A stretch of 64,000 nucleotides of DNA from Botryllus schlosseri. Its lineage: Eukaryota. This document shows positions 52,384-64,000 of this stretch, one piece after another. Both the position numbers and the translations under genes were made by a program. The notes under the pieces are model-generated. The model saw only the letters and a program-made list of their open reading frames with translations. It did no database searches and was not told where the DNA came from. Numbering within the stretch: position 1 is the first letter of the stretch; each line of letters opens with the position of its first letter. The stretch spans positions 870,001-934,000 of the forward strand of contig CM119371.1 in the NCBI GenBank assembly GCA_051294905.1. The letters run 5' to 3'.

Positions 52384-54671
52384 TGGGGCGTGTTCGGCCT
52401 ATGATGCCATTCAGACATTATATCTGTGGCGTGTCGGCCTGAGTTGACACTCAGACATCGTGTCTGCGGCGAGTTCGGACATCATGTCTGGGGTGTGTTC
52501 GGCCTGTGCTGCCAATCGGACATCGTGTCTGGGGCATGTTCGGCCATTCAAACATGGTGTCTCGGCTGTGTTCGGACATTGTGTCTGCGGCGACTTCGGA
52601 CATCATGTCTGGGATGTGGTCGGCCTATGATGCCATTCACACATTATGTCTGGGGTGTGTTCGGCCTGTGATGCCATTCGGACATGATGTCTCGGGCGTG
52701 TTCGGCCTGTATTGATACCCGGACATCGTATCTGGGGCGTGTTCGGACATCATGTCTGGGATGTGTTCGGACTGGGTTAGCAGCACTAGAAAGTCGTGCC
52801 TGGTACTGTAACTGACTTTATAGTGAATATAGCGACTATATCCTTATTTCTGACATGACTATCCTCATTTCTGACATGACTATCCTCATTCCAAACATGA
52901 GACTATCCTTATTTCAAACATGACTATCCCTATATCAAACATGGCTATCCTTATTTCTAACATGACTATCCTTATTTCAAACACTAGACTGACCTTATTT
53001 CAAACACGACCAACCTTATTAACATCGTGTCTGGGGGTGTTGGGACTGTGTTGCCAATAGCACATCGTGTCTGGGGCGTTCCGACACCATGTATGGGTTG
53101 TGTTCGGCCTGTGCTGCCAATCGGACATCGTGTCTGGGGCATGCTCGGCCATTCAAGCATGGTGTCTGGGTTGTTTTCGGATCTGAGTTGACGTTGACAC
53201 TCGGACATCGTGTCTGGGGCGTGTTCGGTCCGTGTTGCCATTCGGACATGGTGTCTTGGGCGTGTTCGGCCTGTGTTGATACTTGGACATCGTGTCTGGG
53301 GTGTGTTCGGCCTGTGTTGCCATTCGGACATGGTGTCTTGGGCGTGTTCGGCCCGTGTTGATACCCGGACTTCGTATCTGGGGCGTATTTGGACATCATG
53401 TCTGGGGTGTTATCGGCCTGTGTTGCCATTCGGACATGGTGTCTTGGGCGTGTTCGGCCTGTGTTGATACCCGGGCATCGTATCTGGGGCGTGTTTGGAC
53501 ATCATGTCTGGGGTGTGTTCGGCCTGTGCTGCCAATCGGACATCGTGTCTGGGGCATGTTCGGCCATTCAAACATGGTGTCTCGGCTGTGTTCGGACATT
53601 GTGTCTGCGGCCTATGATGCCATTCACACATTATGTCTGGGGTGTGTTCGGCCTGTGCTGCCATTCGGACATGGTGTCTTGGGTGTGTTCGGCCGTGTTG
53701 ATACCCGGACAACGTATCTGGGGCGTGTTCGGACATCATGTCTGGGGGGGGGGGTGTTCGGCCTGTACTGCCATTCACACATGATGTCTAGGGCGTGTTC
53801 GGCCTGTGTTGATACCCGGACATCGTATCTGGGGCGTGTTTGGACATCATGTCCGTGGTGTGTTCGGCCTGTGCTGCCAATCGGACATCGTGTCTGGGGC
53901 ATGTTCGGCCATTCAAGCATGGTGTCTGGGTTGTTTTCGGATCTGAGCTGCCATTCGGACATGGTGTCTTGGGTGTGTTCGGCCGTGTTGATACCCGGAC
54001 AACGTATCTGGGGCGTGTTCGGACATCATGTCTGGGGGGTGGGGGGTGTTCGGCCTGTACTGCCATTCACACATGATGTCTAGGGCGTGTTCGGCCTGTG
54101 TTGATACCCGGACATCGTATCTGGGGCGTGTTTGGACATCATGTCTGTGGTGTGTTCGGCCTGTGCTGCCAATCGGACATCGTGTCTGGGACATGTTCGG
54201 CCATTCAAGCATGGTGTCTGGGTTGTTTTCGGATCTGAGTTGACACTCGGACATCGTGTCTGGGGCGTGTTCGGTCCGTGTTGCCATTCGGACATGGTGT
54301 CTTTTGGGCGTGTTCGGCCCGTGTTGATACCCGGACATCGTATCTGGGGCGTGTTCAGACATCATGTCTGGGGTGTTTTCGGCCTGTGTTGCCATTCGGA
54401 CATGGTGTCTTGGGCGTGTTCGGCCTGTGTTGATACCCGGACATCGTGTCTGGGGCGTGTTTGGACATCATGTCTGGGATGTGTTCGGACTGGGTTAGCA
54501 GCACTAGAAAGTCGTGCCTGGTACTGTAACTGACTTTATAGTGAATATAGCGACTATCCTTATTTCTGACATGACTATCCTCATTTCTGACATGACTATC
54601 CTCATTTCTGACATGAGACTCACCTCATTTCTAACATATTTGTCCATATTTCAAACCAATCGAACCAACCC
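52384..54671 (-). repeat. Right arm of the foldback element (mirror of the left arm)
   Basis: Reverse-complement arrays (GGCGTGTTCGGACATCATGTCTGG; ACTATCCTCATTTCTGACATG) with the spacer at ~52775-52835 and ~54490-54555. Confidence 0.92.
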
Positions 54672-55755
54672 TGTAGGTGTCACGTGCAGACTAAAGACTC
54701 TATACTTACTACACACAGGTGTGAAGCAAGACGCTGAGAACCGTCTTGGCACACCAAACATATCACGCTAAACGTACCAATATTACACTTTCGAGCATAT
54801 TGATCGAACACATAAACACTTCTTTCTTGTCGAGGGCGATTTCCGGAGTCCGGGGTTACCGGTATCGACTATCAAGTCATGTTACTATTTCAAAAGATTT
54901 CACATCAGACCAAACCTTTCATAACACACTCATCCAGCAAGAGGCCATCACAATTTTCAGTTGGTAACCTCAAGTCCTATCGATATACCAAGACTGTAGT
55001 ATTGTATGTGAGGACGGTAGAAGCGCGAAACGGTATGCCTATAGCCTTTGCAACACATGGTCTACCTACAATCAACATCAAGCTAGGTTAGGTTTGCGTA
55101 TTCGCCCATTCGGCAACATGTAGATCCATCTATACTTCCTAAATTCAGGTGTAAAACTGTACCATGTCGTTCTTTTTCACTTTAGCCAGTAATATAAGTG
55201 AATCAGTCTGTACTGTGAAACATGTTAGCTATATCTCCAACGTCTGCTCGATTTAAAACTTGTATTAGAACACTCGATCAGCTGATTTCATTCCATGTTT
55301 TGACTCAGAGCCATTGATGCACGTGAGACATTAGCTCCACCACGCGGAATAACGAAAGGCGTCAAATACATAACATCATGCATTTCGATATTACATTTCC
55401 TTCATAATCTATTTGGTTTTGTCATCTCTCCGAATTTTATTCTACTGTACATATCGATATTATCGGATCAGTCGATAAAGCCCACATTCAAATAGGGTAC
55501 GTATTATAAACATTTAAAAGAACTATACTGCTAGAAAGGTGAGGAACCATCGATGCATGACGTCCTTTGAAACCGAGGATACCGCTTGCCTAGTAACCGC
55601 TGTATGCAGGGTTGCCAGATTGGCCCTTTTTGGGCCAAATTCCGTAAATTTGGCCCTTTTTAGAGGCAGTTGGCTCCCAAAAATTAATTTGGCCCCTTGG
55701 CCCTTTAATTTCAATATTTGGCCCTTTTTGGAAGCAGTTGAGACATACCATCAAA

Positions 55756-57645
55756 CAGTGGCGGCTCGTGACAATATCGGGTGGTGGGGCAAGGGCTGCA
55801 AGCGACTTTTTATCAAGATGACGTCACAATGGCGTTTTCCAACGTAAACGAGTAACTTAATGATGGTACGGTAACATGAATTTCCCGGCAACAGTGATTT
55901 TAACGTATGTGCCACGAGAGGTCCGCTGGTGAGCTGTGACTTGAAGTGTGGTAACTGCGTAAACGGCGTACGGAACAAAGATTCAACACGGTTCATGTTC
56001 GCATTAGACCTGACTAATTATCTGCCGAAATGGAAATGACTATAACTCGAGAGATAGCGTAAGCCTAATTTGAAAGGTCAACGAATTCGGACAGATACGC
56101 AATTGTTATCTCATAGATTGGGCCTGTCCTATTGAATCCAAAACATCATTGTAAAGGACTAAGAATAGCAGCCTCGGAAATTTGGTCTCGGTACAGCATA
56201 AGAGATTTTGGCCTTGAAACTGGAGACTGTAACACGACACATACGTTTTATTACTGTCTTATAGGTCTGCTGCGAAATCGCCTTTGAAAAATATATTACC
56301 GAATAAATACGTGGATGAAAGCCTTAAACTTGGTACACTGTTACATGACATTATCGAGAAGTGGCCTCATGGCCCTTTTCGGTATGGTACACTGTCAAAA
56401 TTAATGCGAACAGACCAACACCGAATTTTGCGTAAAATTTACTGAGGAATAGGCTGATCAAGTGACGAGGGGTTGTACGCAAATGGCTTGAAGGCCACAA
56501 TTTCACGGTGAAATTGACATTGGAGAATATACGATCAAAGTAAATATTTGAATGCAAACTGAGAATGATATCATCATCTGACTTAACGTTACCGCAGATA
56601 CACCGGCTTTTGCGTGAAATCCGCAATGTGTTGTAGGCTAAAGTGTCAGATCGGAGCACATCTTTACCATACTCGACCTTGATAACGAAATTACTGCCCT
56701 AATCATTGAGTGTCAACCTTGAGACTTGGCACAGCGTTCGATACTAAAATCAAGACATACCGTGCAAAAGCTTATGACGGATCTAGGTAAGGAGCATCGT
56801 TAAAATCAATAGAGACCAATACCGGCTTTGCGTATAATCTGTTAGCGATAAATGACGAGTCAGCTCTCACTCGAATTAGGAAACGAAATTACCACTAACA
56901 CAGTTCAGTGACAAACTTAAAACTTGGTACAGCGTTCGATACTAACATTAAGACTTACCGTGCCAAATGTCATAACCGATCTCAGTATTGAACACCGTCA
57001 AAACCAATGGATACCAATACCGGCTTTTGAGTAAAATCTGTTTGCGATACATGACGGATCAGCACACACTCAACTTCGGAAACGGAATTACTACCCTAAA
57101 CTTTAAGTAGAAACCCTGAAACTTGGGGCAGTGTTAAATACCACCATCACGACATGACATAACAAGTTTCAAGAGTTTTCATGGTGTGAAACCCCATTAA
57201 AATCGACCTATACCAACAAAGGTCGACTAAACGCATATGACGGTAACAGAGTTCAGCTATAGATACGATTGTTACATCACACCTTAAGGGCACAGAGCTA
57301 TCGTGCCCCGGTTGCTCGGTAATTTTATGAATAGGAGAGAGTAAATCACCGTTTCTTTATTATGCGCGGTTTTGAGAGAATAGACAGTGAAAGCTTGTTA
57401 TGAGCGCTACCGGGGCAAGCCCCGGCTAGGCATTCGCAAAGCGAAAACACAGAAGAGAATTTGATTTTCGCATAGACTTCGCTATATATGGGCATTTACC
57501 AGCGAAAGGACAAGAAGTATACGATTTTCGCTGTGATTTCGGTTTATATAGATAGGTGTGCGTCTATAAATGGTAAAGAATTTTTATTGAACATAATTTT
57601 AGGTGGGGCAATGCCCCAGTTGCCCTATAGGACGAGCCGCCACTG
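55756..57645. mobile_element. Nested hAT-like element
   Basis: TIR CAGTGGCGGCTCGT...ACGAGCCGCCACTG; perfect 8-bp TSD CCATCAAA. Confidence 0.88.
56320..57200. repeat. Diverged ~200-bp tandem repeat
   Basis: ACTTGG(T/C/G)AC-anchored units near 56327, 56723, 56922 and 57120; TACCGGCTTT also recurs at ~200-bp spacing. Confidence 0.7.
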
Positions 57646-60321
57646 CCATCAAACTAGCTATTCAAATAAATGTATCTCGCAAATTGAGCTGACAATGTTT
57701 TTGCCAATGTCAAAGATTCAGTGGAAACACAGTAGAAGATGAAGATTTGGATTTGTTTTTGTAGAATGTAGACTGTGTTGAAATTGTAAACACAGATTTG
57801 GGAACAGGTGGACGAAAAAGCATCGAACATGGCTTGAAGCTAAGTAGCAGAAATAGTACTTATTGATTGTAGAAAGTACAGAGAAAAAAAACTTCAACAT
57901 AACCGGAGAGTTTTTCGTGAAAAACCTAAAACTTAAGTATAAGTTGGATAAGTTTCAACTGTAAAGAAACTATTCTCTCAATTTTAAATTAAAATTTATA
58001 AAATTTAATTACTCTCATATTATTGCACAAAATGTTTTCTTTTACGATGTCATATTCAGTTGGAAACTGCTTGAAATAGTAGCAGTTATTGTGGTTGGAT
58101 CCAGTGTAGTTGTAGGTCGTTGATTTGGTGTCCTAATATAAGACTGGAAATCCAGGTGATTGACAAAAGCACTGTGGGTAATTTTTGTCAACGTTATTAA
58201 CGTTATTGAACAATTTGGCCCTTTTTGGCCCCTTTTCCGGCGCTGTTTGGCCCTTTTTCTCGAAAGATGTCTGGCAACCCTGGCTGTATGTATATCGTTT
58301 TGCACTTGCCCTAAGCCAGGGCCGGGCAACTTCTCCGATCGGTGAGCCGGATATGGGAAAATTAAGGACTGGGCGGGCCAGATTACAGAATATATATATT
58401 TTACCTTAATCGCGATTTTAATTACCTCTGCAAGAAATCAATTGCATTCAATGCAAACTTCAAGTTTAAAACATAATATCAAAAACAGTATGTAATGAAT
58501 TTATTTACAACAGCTATTGAAGTCAATCAGACATCTATGGTCGCTCAATACTGTCAACTAGTTTTTTGAACTCTGATTGCATGTCATATGCAAAAACCCT
58601 TAGTGATGACTGCTCAAGAACATCAGTAATATTGGAACACAGCCCTCCTCTAGTCAAGTCAAGTCAATTCACTTGATTTTCATAGGTGACAATGGTCAGT
58701 CGATTTTTGGAGGCGACCCGAGTCAAGTCAACTCAAGTCAAGTCAAGTCACGAGTCAAGTAACTATAGTAAAGTCAAATAAGTAATATACATGATTCAAA
58801 GTCATTACTAGGGCGATTTTTTGACATGTCAAAAAACAAAAAAGTAAAAAAAAATTACATTACGAGTTGGATTTATTTAGCTGTTCTTGTGTAAATCACA
58901 CTAACATGTAAGTTAGTTATACCGCCATTTATCGGCTTCAAAAATCCAGTGTTTTTCGGCTGTAACTCGTTTTGTGTTCGCAATAGACAAAACTTGCTTC
59001 TAAGGTAGATAGAAACATGATGTTTTGGCAGCTTTCATGACCCTACGACCAGTGATTGTCGAGATGGGCAATTTCACCACCTCTTGCGCAGAAATTGGGG
59101 GATGCTGGCTGGAAAATGGAGGCAATCCCCTAAAACCAATTGGTATTGAAGTTTCAAGTCATTTTTCGGGACTTAAGAATCCCCTTTTTTCGATTTGAAG
59201 AAAAGTCATTTTCACTCCACCCTACAACATTTAACCACAAATGACGATACATATCCTCACATCTTCACCAAGTCTACCTACCTCTCATTCAAATTATGTT
59301 CTGGAACGTGAAACGATTGTCTGGCATTCATCCTGATTGCTACATAACCTTTTGTCACATTGTACGCATTCGCGTAAAATACATTGTCTCTCCATATCCC
59401 GATAACCCAAAAAAATGCAAGGCTCAAATAACTAATTAATATTTATTTCAAATCAATTCTATACATTTCATATCATGAAAACGCAGCCCAATACAACATA
59501 AAATCATGGAAATTCCAGTCACTACTCTGTAAGTCTAAGATGAAAGATACTTTTTAGGAGTCATTAACAATACTCTGGGTTATGAGTTGATGATACTGTC
59601 AGCATAATTGCAAATTGGTCACAATGGACAGTAAGCGTAATTTATGAAATGTTAAGCAGCAAATCATAATATTTCAGTAAAAAGGAAATATTGAATCACA
59701 TCCATAAGATTATCTGAAATTTCGATTGTTATGGATTGACGATGATTTGCCTCTTTTTCAGTTAAATATGGGGTATTAAAGTCATTGAGAATCAATTAAT
59801 CGCATACCAATATTAAACGAGCGTATCAAGAGGGATTAGTCAATTATATTATGGTTGAAGCATTCAGAAACATCAAGGTAGCCAAAAACATGGTCATTGG
59901 TCATAGAAGCAAGAAAAATCGTTGGCTTGAAGTGCAGCGACCGTCATTCTACACCTACAGAATAATTTCAAGGTCATGAAATATCTTGTTAATGGAAGTT
60001 CTCAACTCGGTAAGTTTACCATTCAATACTCTCCCTAAGTCTACTGTACTAAAGATATGGAGAAAGATCACAAGATCATGATGGAGCATGGAGAATCCTA
60101 CATAATTGACATTACAATGGATTTCATACACTACACTACATTTATTTTCAACAAAATTTTATATTTTACATTTTTTGAGGTTTTTTGAAGTATTAAATTT
60201 CTATCATTTCTATCATCACACAAAACGTTAAGACACTACACCTACACACTGCACGTCGAAGATTATCCCTTTTTTGCTTCATTTTTTGATATTTATGCTT
60301 TTTTGTAACCACTATTATAAT

Positions 60322-62796
60322 CAATGCTCCCTCTAATTTTTCAACAGTCTGCGCAAACACGCCAACTCACTGCGCAGGCCCTCGGACAACAGTGCGCAGC
60401 ACCCTCCTATAGGGTCATAAAAATAACTACTGGGGGGCTTCGCCCCCCAGACCCCCCAATGGCTCTAGGCTTCTTCCGGTACTTATAATGTACATTGGGT
60501 GCCCATTTAGTAGTAGCGTCCCTAAACGCGTGAAGCGCGGAAAAATTTCTATAATTCATGATTGCATCGGCCACTATGATCAGGAATTGCATATACATTG
60601 CTATCAATTTTTATCCTCTCCCTGCTCACATAATCAGATTTACCGGTAGAACTGATCCAGTGAGGTGTGTAGGAATAGATTGGCCCTCTAAATAATAATA
60701 AAACATCTTCGGGCGTACCCGTTGATATAATGACTTCGTTACATGATGCTATTTCGAAAGATGTCAAAAGATATTGAAATCGCCAAAACGTACTAAAGTA
60801 AAAGACGCGTACACGATTTAAAATTGGTATTTCTTAACTGGAAAATAATGTTCCTTCGATATGGCATTTGTCTTGTTGTGGGACTCGGATCGCCAGGACA
60901 GGAACATTCGGCGCCAGCCATTTAGGCGCCCATGGACATATGACATGGACAATTACACATATATTTGTATATATCGAAGTTTTTGGTCAGCACCGGGGCA
61001 GTCTTTTTCGCCGTAGGTTTTCTCGCTGCTAATTGTTCTGGCGCACTTCTTGGATTCGCATGTTACATAGCCTTTACCTTCATATGTCTTGGCGCGTCAT
61101 GGTGCGGCAATGGCCGACGCCCAACTGCCTATATCTATAAATCATGCTTAATTTTTGTTGGGAAATGGTACCCAATAATCAGATATCTTACAATAATAAA
61201 ACGCGCGTAGCGCGAAAAATAATTCCTGAAAAATTTCAAAAAATACACCATGATTTATGTTAGTTCTCGAAATAATTTTGGACCCCCTTCGAGCTCGGCC
61301 CCTCCAATTGGGGGGTTTGGGGTGCGAAAGTTACGGTCCTGAGTAAATCTTACGCAATGTTCATGCCACGCGAAGAAGACTATCATTCGTTAGTTTCTCG
61401 CAGATTAACTTCGAGCTAGCCCATTGTTATTTAAAACTTTGTTAAACCATGTTTTTTCGCCATTCCCAAAAAATAATGCGCTATTGAAATGATATCAGTA
61501 TCGCTCACGTGTACGAGGCCATACTAAAAAAATATCATCCGTGAGGCGCAGGAGATTATGAACTCTAATTTCTTCACGGAGCGCAATATTTACCTTTGCG
61601 GGGCGCACTTGTATAGGGGATATGTGGTACCGATGGATCACTGGGACCGAAAATACTTTGAAAATTCTCTATGATAATTCCATGATTACACTCCGTGAAC
61701 TTGTCTACAATTGAATGCTGTCAAAATCTTTCCTCCCATACAAAAAAATTTGACGTGCGTGAGCCATGGGGTCTCTCACATATGTTTTTGTTTTGGGGGG
61801 TGTAAACTAAATTTAGATCGACATATATATTTTTCTTTGTAGCCTTCAACACGAACAAACCAGCAATCATTTTTATTGTGAAGTTTAGGGCTTGTATCAG
61901 GCTATATAACGGCAACTATTATTTTTTCAGTACTTTCCTTGAGTATAATTTTTTTCGATTCATGTATAAAATTTGTAGGGTGGGGACCGATGATACAATA
62001 GCCAAATCAAGCAAAATAATCAAGCCTACTAATCATGAAACAAATGAAACATGCCTACGTATGGAAAATCTTTATGTAATAATTGCATATGATGTTTGAT
62101 CGCTATAACAAGGTATTTGGAAGTCACACTGTCGATTTTCGGGCAATATGTATGTACCCTCAAATTTATAAGTCCGAGCCTGAATCGAATCGTGATTTTA
62201 TGACAACATTTGAGTTAATATTTATTTTATTTTTTGACGGTTGCGATCAAACATTCTTCGTTGGCTTGCTGTAGCTTGGATTATTGTACTGAGCAAGAAA
62301 AGTTGTCACATCGGAGTTTTTTAGTGTATATGTGTCATAGGTCCCCGGGTCGTGTGCCATTGGACCCACCGGGTGGGGACCGATGACACGTTCGAGCAAC
62401 AAATTTTGAACGTCTATAAATATTTTTTGAAAAGACGGATATTCATGTATATGTGCGCGAAAGGTAGAGCTTGTATCACAGTGCTGAGCCAGCAAAAAAT
62501 CTGCTGTTTTGGGCTGAAAATTTTGGGATCAGCGATCATTTTCCAATTTTTGATCCATCAGTACCACATCTCCCCTACCTCGGTTTCAGACTTCAGTGAT
62601 AACACTTGTTGACCCTGGCAATGTTCCACCTTAATTTTCACGAATATGCGCGCCTGCGTGGTCCATTGGACAACAGTGCGCAACAACTATAAAAAAAATC
62701 ATTTCTGATTTTTTGTGCGCAGCGTAGATTTTCTGTGCGCAGAGACCGTCTCAGCACTGCGCATTTGCGCACGTGCGCAGCTTAGAGGGAACATTG
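60322..62796. mobile_element. Composite hAT-like element
   Basis: CAATGCTCCCTCTAA...TTAGAGGGAACATTG with perfect 8-bp TSD ATTATAAT; TGCGCA subterminal motifs; an additional left-end copy at ~62619. Confidence 0.8.
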
Positions 62797-64000
62797 ATTA
62801 TAATCAATTATCTTTAAGCTGTAAGACGATGGAGTACATTCATTTTATCCCGGTTTTCGATTCTACCTTGCGAATCAATCATTATAATAGCAAAAAAATC
62901 GACATATGACGACTCGAACTCTACTGTAGTAAAAGCATCTGCACATTCAAATCACCATGAAACCTTCATTTCAGAAATATTTAGGATGGACGTGACGTTT
63001 GCGGTATTACCATTGTTTTCGTCGAGTTGTGATTTTTTTTTTGCAACTGTTTTGGTTACCTAATTGTGAAGTGCAATATGCACAATATAAATAGCATCGC
63101 TAAATTTCATCAATTAAACATGAAATAGCCAGTTTAAATTATTAGATGAAACGCGGTAATTTTACACTCCTAATTTCAATTTTGATGAGGGAATTGTAGA
63201 CGTCTGTAGTTGCATCCAAGCCCTTGTCCTCGACTCCCTGAAAAACAACTACCGCTGAATAAATCAATATCCTAGTTCATCAATCACGTCTGCATGCTAG
63301 TCGGAGATGGACTGTTCACGCTGGTACGTCATTGCACTGCACAAAATAGAATTGGACTTTTTGTAGACGACCTGGGATCATAATCGGATAGATTTCAGGG
63401 ATTTAATCTACAGGTGGATTGTAAATTTATATTTTCGCAATACGATTCTCAAGCATCTTGTGCACACAATTCAATATACTGTAACATAATCTATTCGGTA
63501 TTCCCATTTCGTGAAAATGAACCTGCAGGCAACACATCGTATTCCAGGGAACGGTATTGGCTGGGACGGTGTACTTGCTAGAGGACATTTTGACAGGTTA
63601 CATTTCAATTAGGGACATTGTGGTGCAGTTAACAATGTCAAGTACCAATTACACTTAAAAAGTAGCTCTATAACTTGTTTGAAGGATGTTATATTGTTAT
63701 TGCCACAAGGATCATCCGTATGAGTGGAAAATGCATCAAAACTAGGTACGTATGTTTCTCCTTCAAGGTAGCCTAAAATAGGTGACGATAAGCGCACTAC
63801 TATCATACTTTGATAATTAGACAATCCTAGTTGTCTAATTAGACTAGTTTGAGCGAAATGCCGGTAATCTAATTTGAATCTATTTTGTGAAACGATTCTC
63901 TGCACTAATTCTAATCTAATTTGTCAAATTTTTATATGTTCTCATTTTAATTCAAACCCTGTATATGCTCCTGAGAGAACTGTATAGTGCGAAACGAGCC

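Larger units (their letters stand above)
45639..54675. mobile_element. ~9-kb foldback (probably MULE-related) element with very long, internally repetitive TIRs
   Basis: Arms ~45645-48090 and ~52384-54671 are reverse complements. 9-bp TSD GGTGTCACG (45630-45638 / 54676-54684). The paralogous site at ~5861-5900 is empty. Confidence 0.88.
55607..58282. mobile_element. Non-autonomous DNA transposon with 8-bp TSD (hAT- or P-like)
   Basis: TIR CAGGGTTGCCAGA...TCTGGCAACCCTG; perfect TSD GCTGTATG; TTTGGCCC subterminal repeats. Confidence 0.88.

Noticed and set aside
45782..54533. Dozens of overlapping Cys/Gly/His-rich ORFs (up to 266 aa)
   Set aside because: They occur in all frames on both strands of the 24/42-bp minisatellite arms; these are artefacts of stop-poor repeats, not genes.

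Overview
AT-rich, repeat-dense eukaryotic (invertebrate animal-like; species not determinable) DNA with spliceosomal introns and no intact host protein-coding gene that I can support. The centrepiece is a ~10.5-kb ISL2EU-type (PIF/Harbinger-related) DNA transposon (7616-18099; perfect 21-bp TIRs, AT target-site duplication). It carries two convergent genes: a THAP-HTH-DDE transposase (+) and a SWIM-YqaJ nuclease (-, split by a 6.66-kb intron). Immediately after each stop codon the DNA is a captured piece of a replication-dependent histone cluster: the 3' part of H4 with two tandem histone stem-loops behind the transposase, and the 3' part of H1 with its stem-loop behind the nuclease. Both transposon mRNAs could therefore end in histone-type, SLBP/U7-processed 3' ends (inference). 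The rest of the window holds a 5'-truncated CR1/L2-group LINE interrupted by a decayed Harbinger element, a 9-kb foldback element with ~2.3-2.4-kb minisatellite-rich inverted arms and a 9-bp TSD, many MITEs with clean TSDs (hAT, piggyBac, pogo, EnSpm-like), and a dispersed/tandem array of decayed RBM28/NOP4-like exon copies. All assignments come from reading the sequence by eye; no database searches were run.
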